Assembly (NCBI GenBank): GCA_002269645.1
Contig: NIVC01001710.1
Coordinates: 135,071 to 199,070 of the forward strand
From: Macrostomum lignano
Taxonomy: Eukaryota
Direction: 5' to 3'
Length of the DNA stretch: 64,000 nucleotides
A program made the position numbers and the translations under genes. The notes under the pieces were generated by a model. The model worked only from the letters and a program-made list of their open reading frames with translations, made no database searches and had not been told where the DNA came from. Position 1 is the stretch's first letter. Every line of letters starts with the position of its first letter. Below are positions 17,201-28,400 of this stretch, in pieces.

Positions 17201-20200
17201 TTCCGGTTCGGGCCGGAGATAACTGACCCCGACACGAAGATCAACTTTACGGAGGTGACGCCGATAATCGATCGTCGACTTGTCGTAGTCATGGACGTGT
17301 CGCGGAGCATGCGGGTAAAATTGCTGGGAAAAGGCCTTTTTAAGCACGCTCGTACTTATACATGAGGGTTGCAGGTTGCAGGCACCCTGGCCTAGCGCAA
17401 CTCCTTCGACGACACTGTCCCATTAAAATGTTGAGGCAATTCTGCCCATTCCGCTGGCTCCTGAGCACACACAAGCGCGCCAATGCTGTATGCGGCACAG
17501 CACTCATGCACACGCTAACACACTCTTTGTGCCTTGTGGGTTGGTCCTCATGGGTGTGAATCGGCCAATTTTAGACAATTGCTTTTGGCCATAACGTATT
17601 GCCATTTGAAAGTGGCAAAGGCTCTTCTATTCATCCAAATGCTACGGGCTGCACAATATTGCATAGAATTGTTCAGTCATTCTATCTTTAATGCGTACTT
17701 GCCGTACTTAGAAGTGAAATCGCTTACTAATTAGTAGAAATCAAGGATTTGAATTGAATACCTTGTCGTTCATGCAGAACTCGCGGCTCTTAAAACAAAG
17801 AAGAGCAGCTGAACCAGAAGAACCAGCAAAAGTGCCCAATCTACTAAAATGCGACTCACCAAAGATCTCCCAAGGTCTATCCAGCTGAGGATGAATGCTA
17901 CTGAATGGATCCTGGGAACCAGTACATCAAAATCAGACCCTCATATCGGTTACTTTCACTTCAGGGCCAACCGTTGGACAAGATGAAGCAGTCGATGCAG
18001 AACCTGTTGAGCCAGCAGCTGGCAGACGATGTGCAATGCGCCCTGATCTCATACTCCACGTCTGTGCACATCCTGGCACCGCTCAGGCAGCTCAACAGCT
18101 CGGAGGCTCGGCAAGCTCATTGGGGGCTGGTGAGGAGTCTGACTGCAAGCGGCGTCACCGCCACAGGCGATGCGATGGCAGCTGCCCTGGAGGTAAAAAC
18201 ATTACAATAGCATTGACGACGGGCCTGCAGCTCTTGCTGAGATTTACTCGTATGATCATGCGTGACTCGATTTTTCGATTTAATGCTAGACGAATTTCAT
18301 TTTTTATTTAAGTCCAGATTTTAAGGCGTATTTACGATCCGTACTCCGAAATGCACGAAATTTAAATCGATTTTATAAAGGCAGTTTCATCAACAACAAC
18401 AACAACACAAGATACTGTCAAAATGTTTCAAGTGAAAAAAGATAGAACGGTCACAAAATATGTGCCGCTGCGCTGTCGACTGAATGCAGCCAGCAAGCAG
18501 TCGACGAAATGCCGAGTGTGCACCTGTCCTCGCCGGTAGGGTGCCTGCAGCGTCAGCAACAGCATCCCCTGCACCGGCTGCTGGCAGTACAACTCTGCGA
18601 CCTGCTAGCTGGAGTCGCCGACGGTGCTTGGACGGACTAGACCGGCGGTACTTCACACTCGCAGCCAACCAAGTCTTATTGGCCTTCAAAACTTTCTCTC
18701 TAAGCCTCTTAGGATTCCTACTTAATTATATTGAAGCTGTGATCTCCCCTTCATCTCCCACCGCAGCTGCTCGGCTGCAACCTGACTCAGCCGTCCCGTT
18801 CCAACACCGGCCAAGTCCTGCTGATCACCGATGGCGAGGAGAACCACCAGCTGCGCTACAGCCTGAGCGACATCGTCCGGATCGCTGCTCAGACGTCCGT
18901 GACTGTGGACACTGTGGCCTTCGGCCGGCTGGCCGACACTCGTCTAGCCCGACTGTCCGCAACTACTGGAGGCACAGCGCACTTCTCCAGATTCATGGGC
19001 CCCGTTAACGATATGGTGGAGAGTCTCGGACAGGTGGCCGGCCGAATGGCCGACAGTCCGGATGCCTGGGTCAACGTGAGTACTAGCCGCCAGTAGCAGA
19101 GATAGCCAGTAGCCAGTGGCCAGTAGCCAGTAGCCAGTGGCCAGTATCCAGTAGCCAGTGGCCAGTATCCAGTAGCCAGTGGCCAGTAGCCAGTAGCCAG
19201 TGGCCAGTAGCCAGTAGCCAGTAGCCAGTGGCCAGTGGCCAGTAGCCAGTAGCCAGTAGCCAGTAGCCAGTAACCAGTAGCCAGTAGCCAGTAGCCAGTA
19301 GCCAGTAGCCAGTGGCCAGTAGCCAGTAGCCAGTAGCCAGTAGCCAGTGGCCAGTAACCAGTAGCCAGTAGCCATGCAGTGGCCAGTAACCAGTAGCCAG
19401 TAGCCATGCAGTGGCCAGTAACCAGTAGCCAGTAGCCAGTAGCCAGTAACCAGTAGCCAGTAGCCAGTGGCCAGTAGCCAGTAACCAGTAGCCAGTAGCC
19501 AGTAACCAGTAACCAGTAGCCAGTAGCCAGTCCCCAGTAGCCAGTAACCAGTAGCCAGTAGCCAGTGGCCAGTAGCAGCGATAGCCAGTGGCCAGTAGCT
19601 AGTAGCCAGTAGCCAGTAGCCAGTGGCCAGTAGCCAGTAGCCAGTAGCCAGTAGCCAGTAGCCAGTAGCCAGTGGCCAGTAGCCAGTAGCCAGTAGCCAG
19701 TAGCCAGTAGCCAGTAGCCAGTAGCCAGTAGCCAGTAGCCAGTAGCCAGTGGCCAGTCTGATTCCAGCCTTCACAATGCCCTTTCCACACAGCTGATTTC
19801 AAGCCAGCTCCGAAGCAGCCGCAACGCCACACCAGCGGCGCTCAGTTTTACAGTCGACTCTTCAGTGAGCGGCGCCGGTCTGCAGGCTTTCGTTATTGGC
19901 GCAGTCAGGCCGGCGCGGGTTCTGCTGCACCTGGCGCCAGTTGGCGACGCCCTCGACGCTGCAGTCGAGGAGGATCTGCAAGGCGATGTGCAACTGGGCA
20001 GCGGGCTGCTGCGGCTGAAAGGAAGAATTCGGGTGAGGAGCGACTCACCGTGCTGCTCAGCTCACAGGCTAGTCTAGCAATCCATTCTGTTCCTAAATCT
20101 AAAGATAGCCTTAGACTCTAGAATTACCTGTCAAACAAAAGAGACTCATGGGGGAATTTCTAAGACGTCAAGGTTCATGGAGGGAATTGCTGAGATGTCA

Positions 20201-23200
20201 AGGCTCATGAGGGAATCGATGAGATGCGAAGGCTCATGGGGAATTGCTGAGATGCCAAAGCTCATGAGGAATTGCTGAGATTTCAAGGCTCATGGGGGAA
20301 TCTATTGATTAGACTAGCAATCCATTATGCTGTTTATCAAGTAGTTTATAGAATTATGGTATTAAAAGTACAAGATAATTACTCTAAGTAGCTTAACAAG
20401 CTGTAAACGCTGTACATTATCACTGTTAATCTGGGCAGGTAACTCGAAATCGAGTGTATTAACCAGAATGATTTTGATAAGCTTTCTACTCTCTATCCAC
20501 CTATGTATGCACAACGCATTTCTGCCATAATTCAAGCCTTTAAATGCGGATAATTGCAGGAATTCCTATAGCAATGGCGTTGGAATGCAACAAAAATTAT
20601 TGCTTCTGCTAGACAGCCTGTCCCCTGTTCTTCCCAGCTTCACTTTTTATCATCATCGCAAGCATAAACTCGGACGGCCCAGGGCCGTTCCTTATCGAAT
20701 TTGCAAGAACAGCCATATTTGCTGGCAATTATAATTATTTACCGAAACTCCTGCAGTTTTCACATGAAAATCTTCTACCTGATAGCTATAGAAATTCTCG
20801 TTCAAGCGGTTGCTCGCCGTCTGCGGCCACACAAAAAGTGCATCGTGTCCTTACTAAATAGGCCTTCAGGTTCCTATAGCAACCATTTCCCATGACTTTG
20901 AAGTCCCAGCTCCTTGAAGAGTCAAGAGCATCTTTTAGCACGGGGCTCTGATCTCTGATTCTCTCTGGCGGTAAACCCATGCGGTCCCGTGAGAGTTGAC
21001 ATCAGGTCGGCTTTGGTCTTGGGTTTGGAGTCGCAATGCCCTCCTTAGTCCTCGGGTTCGATGCCTCAATAATTTTAGACTCGGAAACTGGCCCACACCG
21101 CCAAGGCACAGAGATTGTACACATGCGTGACGACGAGAAAGTGAGAGCCACTGCCCACCCTGTGTGAGCGTGTGCCTGCGTACTTTTTCAACTCAGCCTC
21201 CTTGCAAACTTTTCATGCTGACGGAGTGGAGCCCAAAAGCTTTATTTTCATGCCTAATCTCAGCTCAACCAGCTTGAACTCTTTTCCAACCGAACTCCAA
21301 CGCAGCCGGGCCGGTGGAAGCTGTACGTGTCTGTGTTGCCCACTGCCAGCCAATCGGAGGCCGCCACGTCACTCTACCATTCTGTCCTGATCTCGGGCCA
21401 GCCGGCCGCCTCTGATTGGCCGCCAGTCAGACTAACCGGCTTTCTCAGCCAATTGGAGGCGAGGCTCGACTCGAGCAGCCGGCATTCGGTGCACGCGTAC
21501 TTGCACCGCGGCTCCGCTGACGGATTCGTGCGTCCGGCCGAGCTCTGGGCCAGCGTCGAATCTGACGATGGCACCGTCGCCAACTTTCAGCTGTTCGATC
21601 ACGGAGCTGGTGAGTGAAATCTGTGCAGCCTGGAGATTTTGCAAAGATTATTGATTTTTAAACAGCTCTGAACGGGGTTTCGCCATAGACAAATAAGATT
21701 GGAGTAACTAAAAAGCCACCGCTGCCATTTTATTAAAACGGTAGCATTATTTGTACACGAAGACAATTTTCCTTTCACAGTCAATATCATCAGCCTTGCA
21801 GTCGTCTGTTAGCGCAAATCGTAAAGCCAAACTCTGTGCACCTGTTGTCAGGCGCTGACGTGTCACCCAACGATGGCATTTATTCTGCCTACCTGCCGCT
21901 GCACCGGATGTCCGGGCCGCCGCAGGACTACAGCGTCCGCCTGCGGAGCCTCAGCCCAGTTGACCGAGTCGCCTCCGCTGGCAAGTTCACCGTCACCGCG
22001 GTCGACTCAGTCGATTTGGCCCGTCTGCCGCCGGCTCGCGTCACCGACTTCGGCTGCACTGTCAATGCCACCAGCGGCCGGCTGCGGATGCGCTGGACCA
22101 CCGTTGGCGACCAGCTGGACAGTGGCGCTGGTAGGTTCTGTGTGGATTGCGCATGGCTGCTGATTGGGCATTGTGTGTCTCAGTAGTCTCAGTAGTCATT
22201 TGTCTTTTGTGTCTGCGTGCCCTTCGATTCTACCTTGAAATTCTACTCTTACTTTTACCTCTATTTGTGTTGAAAACTTTTTGCCGATGGTGTCTCCAGT
22301 GCTTGTGTTGTCGGGCTGTATTCCTTTTATGTCTTCAAGAATTTTCTTCTTGTGTCCTATTATGTGTCTTTACCATGTGTCTTCCGGTCTTCCAATTGTT
22401 TCTTTCTGTGTTCTCGAGTCTTCCAGTTGTGTCTTTAGTATGTGTCCTCCGGTCTTCCAATTTTTTCCAAGGACTACTTAAGTAGATATATACGTTACTT
22501 TAGTCGTCCTTGATTTTGTCTTTATGTATTCTCTCTTTAATTTGTCTTCTAGTCTTCCAATTGTGTCTTTAATTTGTGTCTTCCGGTCTTCCAATTGTGT
22601 CTTTAATTTGTGTCTTCCGGTCTTCCAATTGTGTCTTAAATGTGTCCTCCAGTCTTCCAATTGTGCCTTTTGTGTCCTGCAGTCTTCCAATTGTGTCTTA
22701 AATGTGTGTCCTCCAGTCTTCCAATTGTGTCTTGAATATGTGTCCTCCAGTCTTCCAATTGTGTCTTTAATTTGTGTTCTCCGGTCTTCCAATTGTGTCT
22801 TGAATATGTGTCCTCCAGTCTTCCAATTGTGTCTTGAATATGTGTCCTCCAGTCTTCCAATTGTGTCTTGAATATGTGTCCTCCAGTCTTCCAATTGTGT
22901 CTTGAATATGTGTCTGATTGTATCCGCCTGCCATCTCTCCAGCAAGCCGCTACTTGGTTCGGGCATCCGCCAACCGCAGCCTGCTGGAGCTCAACTTCGC
23001 ATCAGCAGACGACGTAGGGGCGGCCGCCCAGCTGCCCTCGGTGCCCTCCGGGCAGCCCATGACCCTGGAGGTTGCAGCTGCCGACGAGCTGCCCAGCTAC
23101 CCATCCGTCACATTCTACCTGGCAGTGCGGGCGAACAACTCAGCAGGTGTGCTCAGCCAGCTGTCCAATGTGGCTGCCGTGCAGCTGACCATGCCTGACA

Positions 23201-23949
23201 ATCTGGCTGAGATTGGCGTCGACGTTGGGGGCGAAAGCTCAACATCTAGCACAGAATCCAGCACGACATGTAGCACAGGATCCAGCACGGCATCTGCTCC
23301 AGAATCCAGCACGACATCTAGCACAGAATCCAGCACGGCATCTACTCCAGAATCCAGCACAGCATCTAGCACAGAATCCAGCACGGCATCTACTCCAGAA
23401 TCCAGCACGACATTTAGCACAGAATCCAGCACGGCATCTACTCCAGAATCCAGCACGACATCTAGCACAGAATCCAGCACAGCATCTAGCACAGAATCCA
23501 GCACGACATCTAGCTCAGAATCCAGCACAACATCTAGCACAGAATCCAGCACGACATCTCGCTCAGAATCCAGCACGACATCTAGCTCAGAATCCAGCAC
23601 GACATCTAGCACAGAATCCAGCACGACATCTCGCTCAGAATCCAGCACGACGTCTAGCTCAGAATCCAGCACGACGTCTAGCTCAGAATCCAGCACGGCA
23701 TCTCGCTCAGAATCCAGCACGACGTCTAGCTCAGAATCCAGCACGGCATCTACTCCAGAATCCAGCACGACATCAGGGCTGGATTCTAGTAAACACAGTC
23801 AGAGTTGGTGGTCATACATGGTAATTGTTTTGGCCCTAATTTTCGCACCTTCAATTGCAGCATTATTAGGGTTGTTCTTACTATTTGTTCACTCGAAACT
23901 CCCGAGCAGAAGCCTTCATCTACGCAATAAAAAAGTATATCCAATCTGA
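14229..23949 (+). CDS. clca: CLCA-family (calcium-activated chloride channel regulator-like) type I membrane protein, ~1117 aa; exons 14229-14399, 15756-16053, 16797-17314, 17965-18192, 18767-19075, 19793-20032, 21306-21609, 21852-22130, 22943-23949
   Basis: Domain order: signal peptide; CLCA N-terminal domain (PWTPQPLGCG, RLRWGAFAEF, FC...HNPDAPN...C); vWA with MIDAS (DVSRS, TATG, LLITDGEE); FTVDSSV; LFDHGAGADVSPNDGIYSAY; FnIII (LPPARVTDF...WTTVGDQLDSG); Ser/Thr stalk; C-terminal TM helix. All introns are GT-AG with consistent phase (3354 nt). Confidence 0.9.
14588..15708. repeat. 16-bp minisatellite (GTGAGCTGAAGGTGCG) in CLCA intron 1
   Basis: About 70 tandem units; explains the minus-strand ORFs 14535-15945. 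Confidence 0.95.
16120..16740. repeat. 18-bp minisatellite (AATCTCACCTTAGGACTC) with a 277-bp higher-order duplication, CLCA intron 2
   Basis: The block CCAAGTCTCATCTTTGAGCTCTCAATC recurs 277 bp apart. Confidence 0.9.
19084..19757. repeat. 7-bp tandem repeat (AGCCAGT)n in CLCA intron 5
   Basis: Long direct array; explains the LATGYW ORFs. Confidence 0.95.
20147..20300. repeat. Degenerate ~30-bp tandem repeat (GGCTCATGGGGAATTGCTGAGATGTCAA) in CLCA intron 6
   Basis: About 5 diverged units. Confidence 0.7.
21000..21180 (+). mobile_element. Degenerate tRNA-derived SINE-like copy (same family as 50600-50785)
   Basis: B-box-like GGTTCGATGCC, and shares GGCACAGAGA and CACCCTGTGTGAGCGTGTG with the 50.6-50.8 kb copy. 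Confidence 0.45.
22370..22915. repeat. ~34-bp minisatellite (GTCTTCCAATTGTGTCTTGAATATGTGTCCTCCA) in CLCA intron 8
   Basis: Direct tandem array. Confidence 0.9.
23240..23775 (+). repeat. Coding 24-bp tandem repeat giving a mucin-like (STESSTTS)n stalk in the last CLCA exon
   Basis: About 22 units of TCTAGCACAGAATCCAGCACGACA in frame, between the FnIII domain and the TM helix. Confidence 0.9.
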
Positions 23950-24240
23950 TTGCTACCTGATCATTGGATTCCTAAACTCACTATATTTTTTCTAGTCTGT
24001 ATGTTTGTAAATAAAAGTGAATATTTTACTGAACCGTTTCTCGAAGTGCGAAAGCTCCGCAGAAAATCCAAAAGTCTGCCATGTCAGAAGTGAAAAAAAT
24101 CTATCAGACAGACCCGATTTTTTTAAATTTTACTATTCTTTAACTGTGTCCTTGTTTTGTATTTGGAAGTCCTTGCTAGTAAATTCCTAGTCTAAAAGTC
24201 TACTCGTCTGGAAGTCCTTGCATCCAATATACACGCAGGC

Positions 24241-24439
24241 GTGAGGTGGGTGTCGTGAGGGTCGGAATGAGTCCCTTACCCCACAGGAAATTTTCAGCAA
24301 TGTACATTCAATACTGCATGCGCGGGGCGTGAGGTGGGTGTCGGGAGGTTGAGAATGTGTCCCTTACCCCACTGATAATTTTCAGCCATGTACATCCAAT
24401 ACTGTACACATGGGGCGTGAGGTGGGTTTCGAGGTGAGG
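24241..24439. repeat. 88-bp tandem repeat interrupted by the LTR retrotransposon (continues at 31186-31260)
   Basis: Units begin GTGAGGTGGG at 24241, 24329 and 24417; the third unit resumes after the 5' LTR. Confidence 0.85.
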
Positions 24440-24725
24440 TGTACTATAGAAATGAAAAGACCGATGGTCCGCCAATAACTATTTTGGAGCTGAGGCTCAA
24501 GCGAGACGCTAACAAAACGAAAAGCGTAAACCGTACACAGGGCTAATAAGCCCTCTCGATGATATATTTATTGCAGTCAGTCAGAATCAGCCAGCGTGGA
24601 GGGGGGTGGGTGAGATGGGCCTGGGCTAAATCAGCGTACATAGAAAATTGAATAATAAACACGTACATTAAATCACGCAGTGGAATTGGAAAGAAAATCA
24701 ATGCTACTAATCTACCTCCCAAACA
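24440..24725 (-). repeat. 3' LTR of the BEL/Pao element
   Basis: Identical to 30900-31185; preceded on the minus strand by the polypurine tract GGTGGGGGGG (24737-24728). Confidence 0.97.
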
Positions 24726-25452
24726 TACCCCCCACCTTGGCATAACAATGACAAAAACTATTCGAGGGATGAAACAATGAAAACGAATACGGTAATAGGA
24801 AAATATTCGAAAACGATGCGTGATACAAAATCGAACTCAAAAAGCAAAAAAACAACGTTGCATGAAACATTGATGGCGACATTGTGAATGGTAGAAAAAT
24901 AGAGCAAAAGGTGAAGATAAGTACGCAGATCGTAGATGACAATCGAAAATTTTGCAGAAGTACGTCAGCTATCATATAAAATTTCAAAATTGAACACGAA
25001 CGCAGACTTCCGCCACCAAACGCAACTGAAACAAAAACTGAAACAACAATTGTAAGCATTGGGCTATCAAAAGGTCGGAACTGGCGCATAAACTATGGTA
25101 CTTCTAAGCGCAGAAAATCAAGCAATATTAAGTAGAGCTCAAATAATGCAAACATCGCTCGTAAAAAACTCAAAAAACGCAAAAGACAAACTTGCCGACA
25201 AATTCACTAAACCGTAACGACTGCTATTCAGCAAAAATTCACGCAAGAAAATAAATAGCTAAATAATGAATGTTAATCGCGTTGAACACTGAAAGCGAAA
25301 ATTGGGTTAAGACGGCAAAAACAGGGTGATTCCTATTAGCATGAAAGGGAAAGAAGACTTTACGAACAATGCAACAAACAGGAAAATTGAACAACTCATC
25401 AGAAAAATTGCGAAACCTGACAAAGTCTAATTCTCTAGCAAAGGTTCGCAAA

Positions 25453-28400
25453 CTAACCTGCAGATATTGGACACAACTTTGTTATTGGTCTCGTCATTGT
25501 GCGATCACCGACTCTGATTGAGGCGACTCTCACGTGACCGTCCGAACCGCGCATGACCTCCAGCACGCGAGCCAGCGGCCAGTGACCCCGAGGCGAGTCC
25601 GGGCTCACCAGCAGCGCCACGTCTCCAGGTTGTAGGTCAGGCAGCTCGCGGCGCCACTTGCTCCGCGGTGCGAGTCCCGGCAGCCACTCGCGCAACCACC
25701 GGCGCCAGATCTGCGACACCAGCTGCTGGACGTGACGCCATCTTCTTGAAGGACTGCGGGCGATGGCAGCGTCGACCTCCGGTGCAAACTTCCCGCCGAC
25801 TTGCCCGATGAGGAAGTGATTCGGCGTCAGCGGCACATCATCACTCGGATGCGCCGTCTGGTACGTCAACGGCCTTGAATTCAGAAGTGCCTCCGCTCCA
25901 GCAAACGCGCTTAGCAGCTCCTCATCCGTGACGTCCGCCTCCTTCAGAATTGCCCAGATTGCCTTCTTCGCTGCTTTGATCATGATTTCGTGCACCCCAC
26001 CGAAGTGCGGCGCAGCGGGCGGGTTGAAATGCCATCGCAACTGCTGAGAAGCCGTTCGCTGTTGAAGCTTCTGGGTATCCAAGACGTCGACTAGTTCTCG
26101 AAGCTCGCGCGCCGCACCGACGAAGTTCGTGCCGTTGTCCGAGAACAGCTCGATCGGTTGGCCTCGTCGACTGATCATCCGCTGTAGAGTCCGTAGGAAG
26201 GAATCGGTATCCATGCCGAATGCCACTTCCAGATGTACAGCTCGCGTTGCCAAGCAGGTGAACAATGCCAGGTACCTTTTCTGCCGAGCCTTGCCACGGC
26301 CCTGCTTAGTGATGAATGGACCGGCAAAGTCGACAGCGACACGAGCGAAGGCACGAAGCGGCTCCTTGAATCGGCAAGCGGGCAAGGGGGCCATAATCTG
26401 GCTGGCTGGTCTGGCTTTCCGTCGGCGACATTCGGCGCACTTTGCTTCCCAAGACTTAATGGCTTCTCTGGCCGAGACGATCCAAAATCGGTTTGACAGT
26501 GCCACCAGAGTTTGGTTTGTGCCTAGATGTTGGACACTTTCGTGGTGATGCTTCACGATGAGCTCCGTCACGCGGTGTGATCGTGGCAGAATGATAGGAA
26601 ATCGAGTGCTAAACGGTAGCACATCGGCGAACTTTAGTCTCCCATCAGCGCGAAGCAGGTCGTTGACGTCGAGCTTCGGGTTCAAGTTAGAAATCACACT
26701 GCGTCCCGGCAACTGCTTTCCTGCTCGCAGACAAGCGATCTCTTCCGCAAACGTTTCTTGCTGGGCTCTCTGGATGATCTTCGATTCAGCTGCTTCAATC
26801 TCTGCTGGTGATAGCTCGCCAGTATCTCGGTGCTCCTTCATCAAACGGCAGTTGTTAGCGAACCTGGCCACCCAAGCGTGAACACGGACAGCTCTGATCC
26901 AGCTGGAGAAGCGCTCTGGCTCCAGTCGATGATTGCGCTCTAGCACATCGGTGACATACGTTCTCTGGCTCTCACCGGCCGGCGACTGATCCTCGCATCT
27001 GCGTCTCTCTTCCACCTGCTCAGGAACCTGCACTTTGTTCTTTGGCCAATTCTCTGCCTCTTCTAAGAGAAACTGAGGTCCATGCCACCACAACTGGCTA
27101 GCCGCCACTGCCTTGATCGATAGTCCTCGAGAGAGCAGATCTGCTGGATTCTTTTCCGTCGAAACATATCTCCACTGGTTCGGCTCTGTTGAAGCTTGGA
27201 TCTCGCCCACTCGAGAGGAGACAAACGGCTTGAACATTTTTCCTCGGCCACGAATCCAGTACAACACGTTTAAGCTGTCAGACCAAAAAACTGCGTCACG
27301 AAGCGGCACTTGCAATGACTGCGCGACTTTGCTTGCGAGTTGGACTCCCAGAACTGCTGCCATCAGCTCCAACCTCGGTGTACTCATGGTTGTGATTGGA
27401 GCTACTCGAGTCTTCGAGATGATAAGTCGAACGGAACGTTCACTGTCAGTTGCCGTTTCACTTCTCCAGTAGCATACAGCTCCGTAAGCTTTCTCGGATG
27501 CGTCAACGAACACGTGCACACTACCCGACAGGGAATTTTCTCCTTCAAGCGCCCTGGAAAGCCGAATCTCGCTTAAATGCTTCAGGTCAATGCACCAGGC
27601 GCTCACTTTTGCACTAAGTTCTGCATTCAGCGGTTCATCCCAATCAAGACCTGTCTGCCAAAGCTCCTGCATCAGAATCTTCGCCTGCACGACAAATGGA
27701 GAGATCAGTCCAAGTGGATCAAAGACGCTCGCTAGCTTCTTCAGCAGACCTCTTTTTGTGGTCACCTGACGCGACTCGTTTTCATCTTTAAAGGTAAATT
27801 CGTCCTGCTCACTCTGCCACGTGACACCCAGTGTCTTGGTGCTTGGTAGTTCTTTGCTGTCCAAGGTAACTTCGGCTGCACGGTCTTCAGGTGGGATTCT
27901 ATCGAGCACAGCTCTCGAGTTCGAGACCCACTTGCGCGCGTGCATGCCGGCGCGCCTCCAGAGCTCACTGAGTTGATCGTACAGCCTGCAGGCGGCTGCC
28001 TCGGTGGGCGCAGAGTCCAGGCTGTCATCCATATAGGTAGAGTGCAGTACTGTCTCGGCCGCCTCTGGAAGCTCACCTTTTGACTTTTCAGCATGGCAGC
28101 GGGTAACGAACTGTGCCAAGAACGGAGAGCTGGTGACGCCGAACACCACTCTGTTGAACTCGTAGACATCCGGCTGCTTTGAAGGATCGGCGTCCCGCCA
28201 AAGGAAACTGTGCAGCGGCCTGTCCTTCGGGTCCATCTCGATCTGGAGATACATTTCCGCTACGTCGCATGCGATCGCAATCGGGTGTCGGCGGAACCGA
28301 AGCAGCACGTCAACCAAATCCCTCTGCAGTTTGGGGCCCTGGAGGATCTGGTCGTTCAATCTGGCAGCCGATGCATCAAAGACTATTCGCACTTTTGTCG

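Noticed and set aside
24712-25089. Hydrophobic 125-aa ORF in the retrotransposon 3' region, at a possible env position (from the sequence it reads on the minus strand)
   Set aside because: Hydrophobicity follows from a T-rich strand; no envelope motifs; it runs into the LTR.
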